DNA of 59,113 nt, the filler included, from Globobulimina sp. (taxonomy: Eukaryota): NCBI GenBank assembly GCA_003354225.1. It is 9 parts of 9 records of this genome, joined end to end, with 100 filler letters (N's around TTAATTAATTAA, not from the genome) between each part and the next. Parts side by side here need not be neighbours in the genome. Positions count along the whole stretch, not along the records: positions 1 to 6,521 come from PIVH01000283.1; positions 6,622 to 13,130 come from PIVH01000284.1; 7 more parts are not named here. One strand, 5' to 3'. Positions 1 through 8,830 of the stretch are shown here, piece by piece (the stretch's first letter is position 1; every line of letters begins with the position of its first letter). Below the pieces are notes generated by a model. It searched no databases and was not told the DNA's origin. It saw nothing but the letters and a program-made list of their open reading frames with translations. A program made the translations under genes and the position numbers.

Positions 1-362
1 CCTCTTTAATGCTGCTAATTTGAACCGAGTATATTCATTATCGGTATTGAAGGTGGGATCTATATCGGCGGTTTCATGGAGCCATAATAACATTGATTGT
101 GCTTGGCGAATACAGTTACAATTATTAACTTGTTGGATTCTGTCAGCAATCCAAAACAGTGCAAGGGAGGGATAAGTAGGCAATTGAAACGGATTCACTT
201 TCAGTGTGACGCAGTAAAATACCCAATTTCTTAAGTGGGAGATATACTGTACTTTAGTGCCGGTACATTTGTCCAATGTATTAGTCTCGACAATAAATTC
301 TGCGGTCTTCGGGCGTGTTTGCGAGAGTGGGTGCGTTCGAGCGAAGCGAAGTCTGTACCAAG
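1..362 (-). CDS. Tyrosine recombinase N-terminal domain (partial; not in the ORF track)
   Basis: Manual translation is open to base 1: WYRLRFARTHP...KCTGTKVQYISHLRNWVFYCVTLKVNPFQLPTYPSLALFWIADRIQQVNNCNCIRQAQSMLLWLHETADIDPTF. This fits the T..Y...W..FC/P/H pattern of DIRS YR N-termini and lies directly after RNase H. There is no start ATG; the frame follows a TTAG acceptor at 366-363. Confidence 0.7.
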
Positions 363-440
363 CTAACAGTTTTTGTAAAATAAACACATTTTTGTAAGGA
401 AGTAATGGCAAATTTAAAAGGAGAAAAGAAAAACGGATAT

Positions 441-2206
441 TCAATCCAATTTAAAATTGGAGGCATAATTAGGATATCCAATTCTCGCTCGCTCCTTCAA
501 AGGTAAACAGAGAAAAGAAATGAAATCATTGTATTCTTCTAAGTCATATTGGTCATCAAATGGATTATTGGGATTATTGATTTGGTGATTCAGGAATTTG
601 AAATCATCAAAGTACATTGTTTCTGTTTTAGCTCTGGTCATATTGAGATTAAATTGATTGACAATGGACCAGAATGTATCTAACTTATTACGGGACAAAG
701 CATCGGATAATCCATTGGTGGATGAAGAAATCCAGTCGATCAAAAATTTGTATTCGAGCATGAGATGACATAATTCGTATACAAATAGCATCATATTATA
801 GGATGAAGACCATTTACGTTTGATGGCATAAAAACAGGTCTCATTATCAACAAATAAATGGATAGTTTTACCCGTTAAATAATAGCGGAATGTAAATAAT
901 GCGGAGAGGATCACATGAGCCTCTTTTTGGTTGATATGCCAATTATTTGTATGGGATTCATTAAATGGATAAAACGACCAATATCCACCCAACACATAGC
1001 CACCATGGGATTGAGAGGCATCGGTTGAAGCAGAAATGCTTATTTTTCTGGACATTAATATTTCGGACATTGGTACTTTTAAGATTTGGTCAGCATAAAA
1101 GTACCAATATTTCAAGTCATTCAATATGGAGAGGGGCAATATGAAATTGTGATTTTTGGGATATTTCCCCGAACGGATATTTTCATAGATAAAATGGAGC
1201 AAATTCCAGCATAAAGCCTTTGTAGGTTGCTTCAACTGGGCCCAGTGCATAATTGTACCGCAGAGGGATTCCAATGCAGCTCCAGTAATGACGCGATATT
1301 GCAATGTGTATCGGATCAACTGTTTGAAGTTACGGTATTTAATCGGTGGTATACCAATGAACTTATTTTTCAAATCAAAGAAGATGCCATAAATTACTGC
1401 TGTTTGGCAAGTCCGAATAAAGCCAGACTCCTTTAACGATACTTGAACATTTAGTTCTTTCATAAGAGCATCGAATCGTTTCTCCATTTCAATACAATCG
1501 GCTTCTTTCACCGCCGACAGAACAAAGTCATCGATATGAACCAGGGTTTTATTCTTCCACTGATGATCAAAGACTTTGTTATCCAAAATCCATATTAAAA
1601 CCTGGGCGAAGTACTGGCAGTTCGCCGGAGCAGAGGAGACTCCATATGGTTGTTTTCTGTCTCGCCATACCAAACCAAAGAGGGAGTAACAAATATAATT
1701 ACTGTCTTCCTCACACAGTCCGATTTGGCGAAAGAAGTCCGAAAGATCGCGAATTGCAAAGAAATTACAATCAATCAGGGTCTTTATATAGAGTTTCAAG
1801 TTGGGGAGAGATGGAATCTTGCATTTTATTGGGCGGATCAGTTCGTTGATGGAAGAGGTTGATTTAGTTTTAAAGGATCCGTTTCTGATTACTCTGAATT
1901 TGGTGTAACGGCCCTGTCCGTCTTTCTTAGGGGTACAGAAAATCATTACCATATATTCAGGTTTACCGAAAAATGGCTCAATTTGGCCATTTTCAGCCTC
2001 AGAAATCATTTTATCTAAAATGGCGAGAGCTTCTTGAGGTGTATTTGCAATGTTAGATATCTTCGTTGATAAACGATTATGAATGACATGTGTGGCTTTT
2101 TGCTCTTCCGCCTGAAAATGTGTCTTGAGCCACAGAGGAAAGCCAACAGTAATCCATTTGATATCGGACTTTCCTTTTGGTTTCCCTTGGAGATACTGGG
2201 CGAATG
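441..2206 (-). CDS. Reverse transcriptase + RNase H (DIRS-type Pol)
   Basis: RT motifs FAIRDLSDFFRQI, QPYGVSSAP, LVHIDDF; RNase H motifs STDASQSHGG, HINQKEAH, FVDNET, TNGLSDALSR. No ATG at the start; the frame follows an acceptor (ttgccAG at 2208-2207). Confidence 0.92.
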
Positions 2207-2220
2207 CTGGCAAATTAAAT

Positions 2221-2299
2221 TAACACACAAAAAAACTCGAGTCGTACTCTAAATAAAATTCGAGTCGTACTCTAAATAAAAGTAACACACAAAAAAACT
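2221..2299. repeat. Nested direct repeats between Gag and RT of element 1
   Basis: TAACACACAAAAAAACT at 2221-2237 and 2283-2299 enclose two copies of TCGAGTCGTACTCTAAATAAAA (2237-2258, 2260-2281). Confidence 0.85.
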
Positions 2300-2472
2300 A
2301 CTTTAGTAAAATGTAGCACAGACACCATGGGAACGGAGGTGGTGAGAATCTGGTGTGTTATCTAACGGTGTTACTGAGAAATCGATGCTAACATAGAAGT
2401 AAATATTTAGTTAAATGGGTCCTATTATAATAAGGACAAATATTAAATAGAAAGGAAAGAGGATATAATGGG

Positions 2473-3523
2473 TTAGAATTTAATTTTGCTGAATTTGTCA
2501 ACATATTTCTTATATATATTAGGTTTGGATTTGGCAGTGTCGCATGCTTTAAACGAGTGACTTTTATCCGGATGGAATGCACATCGGTGTTTATAATATG
2601 CATCGGGCGACGGTTCACATTGATTCTTTGGATTTGTACATAAATCCAATCCAAAAAAGAACATACAAATGTCACTAGGACATGTTGTGCCATATTCGGT
2701 AACACATTCATGTGTCGTTCGCCTTAATAAACGTAAGTTATCTTTGGTTGGATTGGCAGTGTTAACCGGCCGATTATTGGGTCGATTATTGTAATTATTA
2801 GGCCGATATGTCGGTCTTTTATTATTATGGCGATTGTTACTGTTGGAATTGCGATGTTCGGCAAATTGTTTATTAAAATGAATTGTTTCATGACCGGTGC
2901 GATTATTTCCATTTTGGGGCCAGTTATAATGTGGTTTTTGGTCAATGTAAACATTGAATTTCTTAGTTTTTTCGAATTCATCCAATTTAAATTCATTAAA
3001 TGTGCTTAAAAGGAATTGGATGATATTGGGTTTGGAGGTATTATCATTAAATGATTGCGTAAATGAATTATAATCCATCAAAAGACAAATGGGGACATTG
3101 TGGATAAGATAATATTGTAACAATTTTATGTCCAGAATCCCACCACATTCCAATATGGTTTTTTGGCAAATTGCTGGATTTTCTGTCCAAACAAACGAAG
3201 GTTAACTTTGACCATTTGGACCCATCCAATTAATAAACGGACATATTTGGAAGGAATGGAGGAGGAATTAATAGCGGATAACGCAAAATCCATGGTGTTA
3301 TTCCATGCGGTCAATATGTAATAAATAGGATGTTTTGATTTGAACGCAGCATGGATCTCCTTCGAAGGTGAGCTGATATCGGATATAACATATTCAGTAG
3401 ATAGAAATGTCAGAGTGGAATGCAAAAATGAAGGAATATCGACGTGGTCAGCGGTAGCAAAGCCAGTGAAGAAACGAATAACTTGGTTTCTGATTTTCAC
3501 TTTCTTTTTCGAAATAGTATTCA
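2473..3523 (-). CDS. Gag-like protein with C-terminal Cys/His zinc-binding cluster; split by a one-base frameshift
   Basis: ORFs 3524-3126 and 3153-2473 join if one A is added to the A6 run (plus-strand T6 at 3159-3164). The C-terminus CMFFFGLDLCTNPKNQC..HRCAFHPDKSHSFKAC follows an N/R-rich linker, as in YR-retrotransposon Gags. Confidence 0.7.
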
Positions 3524-4077
3524 CTATATAGTTTGTTGTGAGTTATTTAAAGAGATAAATGTGCGTAGAATATGCTGACCGTATCAATTGTTTCTGATAA
3601 ACGCTATGTACATAAATGGATTTCTTGCATTATTTTGCATACAGAGGGCATTTGCTTAAACGTGTTATTATGTACATAGAAGATATAGGAGAGAGTAATA
3701 GAATTTGCGTAAGTATACAATATGCTTAGTTTGAAATAACTCATAATCGATATGCAAAAACTGTCCAGTCTAAAAAACGAGTGGACACTTTTTGCACTAA
3801 AACTACTCATAATTGAGTATACGATTTGCGTAAAGGAGAATATGCATAGCAAAGAAAGAAGAAGGCAGAGAAACACCGTTACTTAGGAAATGAATCCAAG
3901 AATGAGAAAGGCTGTGTCATTCTATGCTGTACAGAGACCCAGCTGCAGTACCGTGCATTTCATGAAAGTCAACCGATCACACCTCAAAGAAAGCGTTTTC
4001 GAAAAGGAGCCGGGAAGTTTCAGTGGAAAAGTGATTGATTTTAATTATGTAAACACAACAATTAAAATACCACACAA

Positions 4078-6279
4078 TCAAATATATAGACCTTCAACTT
4101 TGGCGACTAATTCTTTATTGGAGGCGGTATCGGTTCGCTTATTGCCATTCATCTTTCTTTGCATGATATCCATAATTATTTCTTCATGAGAGCGCGTCTC
4201 CTCTTTCGCTACAGATTGGGCTAAAAAGAGCGCGGCTTCCTTATCTTGATTGCGGTCGACGGTTAATGCGGAGATAGAATGTGACTGCAGAGTAATAAGC
4301 TTCTTTTGAGGCGAATCGAAGGCCGAAAACGAATAACGATTTCCGGACTGATTCAGACTGTGGGAAATACGATCAATCTTCGCATTGATTTCACGGTCCA
4401 TTTTATTCAATTTGTCGGCAAATACAGCGCTTTTCTTATTGCGCACTGCATCATCGTCATTCAATTTATTATCATCCAATTTATTATCATCACAAAACTG
4501 ATACGGATTGGTCGCAAATTGCGTTTTGTGGGAAGATGGAGGAGGCGACGACGAGGTCGATGTGGAAAGGATAGAATGTACGAATTCTTTCCTACGTTTG
4601 TTGCCATGGGAATTGGACTCAAAATCGCCGGCAAATTGTACCATTTGGTCGGCAGAGCGCGCTTTCTTAAAATATCGGACTTGTTTATAAACTACGCGGT
4701 CTTTGAAATGCGGACAATGCCATCGCTTCAATTGATTATTGGTGCGATCTAAATAACGATCTGACCGTAATTGTGTGACTCTGGCCAATGTTTGAGGCAC
4801 CATCCAATTCCACCAAAATTTGATTTTTTCACTTTGCGTGTAATTTTTAAAAAAGAAAATGGTAAAAATAAAATCAATGATTGAACGGCTGTCATTGGTT
4901 TGGGATACATCGGTGAATAAATCATGAAAGTTCATCGTATATAGCATATTCAACGTAATTCCGGTCATAATAATATTATCGACAAACGCCATAAAACCAA
5001 TTCGGCGCTCTTCATTATAAATTTGCAACGTTTCTGACAACGTTTTGCCGGCTTCGAGGGATTCCTCGATTGCATGTAATAAATTGGCGAAGAAATTTCG
5101 TGCAGAAATGTACAAATTCAATAAATTGGCGGTTGCTGTCGGCTCATTCAATTTTTTGCATCGATATGATAACACATTATTTAATTTCAATGCATCGCGA
5201 CGTAAATCTTTATCGGCTTTAAAAAATTTGAATTTTTTATTGGATAAATACGAATAAATCACTTTCTTTGCTAAATATGCGTTTAATTGTGATATTGGAT
5301 CAAATTCTTCATGTTCTTGGCTTTGAAATGGGTCCAAAGCAAATAACATTGTATCCTTTGGAGTTAATAAATCATTGACTGTCTCAATGGATGTTTTTAA
5401 TTCTTCGAACTGGGCACCGCGACGTTTCTGGGTTTCCTGGGTTTCCTTGGTTTTGTTGGTTTGGGTTTGTGTTTGGTTTGCTTTGGGTTTCCTGGGTTTC
5501 CTGTTTTTGTTTGTATTCTTGTTTTTATTTTTCGTATTTTTGTTTTTATTAATATTGGCATCATTGGCCTCATCATCATCTGTGGGGTCATCCGTATCCA
5601 TCGCCTTCTTGTCCGAAGTTAGGATGTCATCATTCAAAATATGGACGTCCGGGGAATCATTCCCTGAAAGAAATGAATCGACATTGGCATCATTTGAGGT
5701 TTGTTGGGATTGTGATCCTGTAATATGGGCAAAATCCGCTCCTTGGGAGAGCTGAAACGCTTCTTCGGGATTGATGTCATATTTGCCATCATCCGTTTCG
5801 TCATTGTCATCACAGGAATCATCATTGTTGTTGGAATTGTCATCGTCGTTGTTAATAAAGAATGGCGATGTCGATAAGTCATAGTCTGCGAGACTTCGTT
5901 TATATTTTGTCCACGTACGAGAGGTGCGGAAGGCGATAACGACAGAGACTAATAATTTGCGGCAGAAGGCAGTGATCAAATCTTTCTCAATTCGAACGAA
6001 ATTCGCAGGTCGCGGTTTGGCCGCAGTCCATTTCAATTTTAATCGATCTAATACAGCTTCGTACGATGACGATTTCTTTGGTATCACATATACGAATTTG
6101 TTCGATTTAATATATGATAATATCTCTTCATAATCTTCCTTAAAATATTTGATAGGAGCGCTCTTTGGATCCTTCAATGGGGATTTATACAATGAAGGAG
6201 TACAGAAAAATAGTGCAGGATCAGCATTTACTTTGCTTGCAAATGTATTGAATGCATCTAATGATAATGCCAACGCCAT
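4078..6279 (-). CDS. ORF1 of element 1, 733 aa, unknown function (acidic and K/N-rich low-complexity segments)
   Basis: Long ATG-initiated ORF upstream of gag. Probable GT donor at 4091 (GAAG|GTCTAT), four codons before the stop. Confidence 0.7.
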   Translation of the reverse strand: MALALSLDAFNTFASKVNADPALFFCTPSLYKSPLKDPKSAPIKYFKEDYEEILSYIKSNKFVYVIPKKSSSYEAVLDRLKLKWTAAKPRPANFVRIEKDLITAFCRKLLVSVVIAFRTSRTWTKYKRSLADYDLSTSPFFINNDDDNSNNNDDSCDDNDETDDGKYDINPEEAFQLSQGADFAHITGSQSQQTSNDANVDSFLSGNDSPDVHILNDDILTSDKKAMDTDDPTDDDEANDANINKNKNTKNKNKNTNKNRKPRKPKANQTQTQTNKTKETQETQKRRGAQFEELKTSIETVNDLLTPKDTMLFALDPFQSQEHEEFDPISQLNAYLAKKVIYSYLSNKKFKFFKADKDLRRDALKLNNVLSYRCKKLNEPTATANLLNLYISARNFFANLLHAIEESLEAGKTLSETLQIYNEERRIGFMAFVDNIIMTGITLNMLYTMNFHDLFTDVSQTNDSRSIIDFIFTIFFFKNYTQSEKIKFWWNWMVPQTLARVTQLRSDRYLDRTNNQLKRWHCPHFKDRVVYKQVRYFKKARSADQMVQFAGDFESNSHGNKRRKEFVHSILSTSTSSSPPPSSHKTQFATNPYQFCDDNKLDDNKLNDDDAVRNKKSAVFADKLNKMDREINAKIDRISHSLNQSGNRYSFSAFDSPQKKLITLQSHSISALTVDRNQDKEAALFLAQSVAKEETRSHEEIIMDIMQRKMNGNKRTDTASNKELVAKVEGLYI

Positions 6280-6521
6280 ACGGGATGGTATATACTAAAA
6301 TGGTATATGCACACTGTCCAATCAATGGTTTGTTGACGTTCGAGGCTCGTTGCTGTTTTATGTGTAGTCGCTACCTACAAAAAGAAAATGAAAGAAGACG
6401 AAGAAGAGAGAAGTTTTAGTGAACTAAAGATAAATAATAAAACAAAGTAAGATGAAACGCACTTTTACATTTTATGAATCATAACACTGCGTTTTATTTG
6501 TAAACAAATAAAACTCCGAAT

Positions 6522-6621
6522 NNNNNNNNNNNNNNNNNNNNNNNNNNNNNNNNNNNNNNNNNNNNTTAATTAATTAANNNNNNNNNNNNNNNNNNNNNNN
6601 NNNNNNNNNNNNNNNNNNNNN
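6522..6621. other. Artificial contig spacer (N-TTAATTAATTAA-N); equivalent spacers at 13131-13230, 19723-19822, 26311-26410, 32884-32983, 39451-39550, 46014-46113, 52567-52666
   Basis: 100-nt N blocks with an all-frame stop linker; contig lengths fall monotonically from 6521 to 6447. Confidence 0.98.
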
Positions 6622-7455
6622 TGCATAAATTTGATCATACAGACCGCTGTGATCATACATAAGATCATACCTTGATCATACATTCCAAAAATCATACATT
6701 GACTTGTACATAGTTGCAATTTATGACTACAATTTAGTGGAAAAGTTCCTCCATACTTTTATAGTCATAAATGTATGATTCTGCTACTACTACTACTACT
6801 ACTATTTTCATAAAATTTGAAATTACCATCGAATAAGGGTCTATCGCCCCAATTATGCAGTATTATGGAATTTCTGATGCTTTTTATGGGTGTTTACGAG
6901 TATGATAATTACACTGTATCAGCATACTAAGCGGAATATTCAGACAGGATACTTAATGATTCAACGCTAGAGCACTCAAAGGTGGCCTTTGGGATAACAC
7001 TGGGTAACCTCCCCAGGGTAAGAGGGTGCACGTGGGAAACTCTAGCATCTACTTTCATATAGTCATACATAGTCGAATATAAGCAACTCGAATAACTAAG
7101 TAACTAACTAAGTAGTCAAATGTATAGAAACGAAGTCCTATATAACATGTCACTTTGTAACAATTTTTGACTTGTGGGATAAAATAAATGTATGATCAAA
7201 TTTATACGTACAGGATATGGGATCATACATTTTATGATCAAAATCATATGGATAAATACAGAGCTTTTTTTTTTGTTCATGCGGGTGACCGGGTTCAAGT
7301 CCATGTGATCATACATTTGATCATACATATGTATGATCACGGACTCGAACTCGAGTAACCCGCACAACCAGACAGCCAGACAGGCAAATTTTTACTTTAA
7401 ACAATTTTTTGTATTAGATCATGGTACAGAAATTACTGCATAAATTTGATCATAC
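6622..7455. repeat. GATCATAC-rich repeat region with inverted termini (non-autonomous DNA-transposon-like)
   Basis: Many GATCATAC/GTATGATC motifs. ATAAATTTGATCATAC at ~6625-6640 and ~7440-7455, with an inverted copy GTATGATCAAATTTAT at ~7190-7205. Confidence 0.55.
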
Positions 7456-7459
7456 TTAG

Positions 7460-7719
7460 CCTAAGAGAAATGTGTACTTTTTACACGCAACATTATGCCC
7501 AGTTTTTTACCCTAAGGGAAAGGTACATTTTTTACACGCAACCTATGCCCGAGTTATCCAAAGTTGAATGTGTTTTTACACGCAAGTCATGTCCAAGTTA
7601 TCCTAAGGTGGTGTTGGTCGAGCGACTCGCCCGAGTTATCCTAAGAGAAATGTGCACTTTTTACACGCAACTTTATTGGGCATATTTTTGCGTGTAAAAA
7701 AAACACACATTCCATTAGG
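7460..7719. repeat. Degenerate ~45-50 bp tandem repeat plus one inverted copy
   Basis: Unit ~CCTAAGAGAAATGTGTACTTTTTACACGCAAC..ATGCCCGAGTTAT at ~7460, 7511, 7558, 7640; inverted TTGCGTGTAAAAA...TTAGG at 7688-7719. Confidence 0.75.
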
Positions 7720-8069
7720 AAAAATCATGCAATGTATGACCATATTTACCTGAAAAACCCTCTCCTATAGTCATACATGTATGATTATTGTTACACACAG
7801 CTATCGTTTTTTGTTTATCTATCCACAACACAACACATACAACCGACAAACACAACAAATACTACCAACAACATGTACAACCAACAACAACATGTACATC
7901 TGAAAAAGTGATGGATGGCCATCAGGCAATATGTAATAAATGTGATGGATGGCCATTTGAACCGAATAAATTACGTTGTGTAAAACATAATTTTTCGTGA
8001 TACCAAATTTTTCGTGATACGGAAATTTACTTTTCGTGACAGTCAAATTTTCTCGTGATTTATTTTTTC

Positions 8070-8136
8070 TTTTATAGAACCTATGGGGATAAATCATATA
8101 AACTTTTATAGAACCTATGGGGATAAATCATATAAA
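8070..8136. repeat. Tandem duplication, ~33 bp
   Basis: TTTTATAGAACCTATGGGGATAAATCATATAAA occurs twice in tandem. Confidence 0.85.
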
Positions 8137-8381
8137 TCACACATATAAATCATTCAAAAATTAAGTCACCTCGAGTAGCTGGTCAATTAATGATGAGTTT
8201 ATGCGAATGTTTGGAGGTCACCTATTATTATTCCCGATCCTTTTTTCTATCACCCAATGTTGTCCATAACATCGATTTTAATATTCATAAGCTATGATTT
8301 GTATAAATCAGATAAATACAACTATGACCAGGTCATTTTCATCGCTCAAAACACGTTGTTGTGCATTCGAATTGCATTGAA

Positions 8382-8572
8382 TGATGACTAGCTCACTTCA
8401 AGAAAATCTTAATATCAGGGTTCTCACCTCATAGACGACAGTGCAAGGATAGATTTCTCCAGGTTTCTAGCATATGAAAGAAGAGACAAATCTATGCAAT
8501 GAAGGTAACATTTTGTCATCTATGAGGTGAGAACCCTCATATTAAGATTTTCTCGAAGTGAGCTAGTCATCA
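8382..8572. mobile_element. MITE with ~59-bp TIRs, TG...CA ends and a TTGAA 5-bp flanking duplication
   Basis: TGATGACTAGCTCACTTC...CATAGACGACA (8382-8440) is the reverse complement of 8514-8572 with 3 mismatches. TTGAA at 8377-8381 and 8573-8577. Confidence 0.8.
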
Positions 8573-8573
8573 T

Positions 8574-8784
8574 TGAAAGAAATGCATTAAAGTCAGAGGT
8601 TTGAGAGGTTCGGAAGTTTATGCAATTATGCATTTAGAAGTTGAGAGGTTCAGAAGTTGAATTATTACTGAAACAAGAATCCAATTCTACGATACTTTTA
8701 TCCACCAACTTCTGAACATCCCAACCTCTCAACTCCTAAACGTCTGAATCTCTCAACTTCTCAACCTTAAATGCATTCCTTTCA
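8574..8784. mobile_element. Second, more degenerate palindromic element abutting the first (TG...CA)
   Basis: TGAAAGAAATGCATTAAAG...GAGAGGTTC pairs imperfectly with GAATCTCTCAAC...TTAAATGCATTCCTTTCA; internal TGAGAGGTTC(A/G)GAAGTT repeats; followed by TTGAA at 8785-8789. Confidence 0.55.
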
Positions 8785-8830
8785 TTGAATATTAAAAAAC
8801 AAAATAAATAAAAGAGTATGAATGACTGTG

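Larger units (their letters stand above)
1..6521 (-). mobile_element. Tyrosine-recombinase (DIRS/Ngaro-like) retrotransposon, element 1, 3'-truncated at the window/contig edge
   Basis: Minus-strand order ORF1 (6279-4078), Gag-like Zn-finger ORF (3524-2473), RT+RNase H (2213-441), N-terminal part of YR (362-1). Same order as the complete element at 19823-26310. Confidence 0.88.

Noticed and set aside
6522-6621. Recurring TTAATTAATTAA palindrome in N runs as a biological repeat, and gene neighbourhoods across the gaps
   Set aside because: Artificial all-frame-stop linker; contigs are length-sorted, so adjacency is meaningless.
7460-7719. Possible CRISPR array
   Set aside because: Units are degenerate and contiguous, lack unique constant-length spacers, include an inverted copy, and there are no cas genes in this eukaryotic context.
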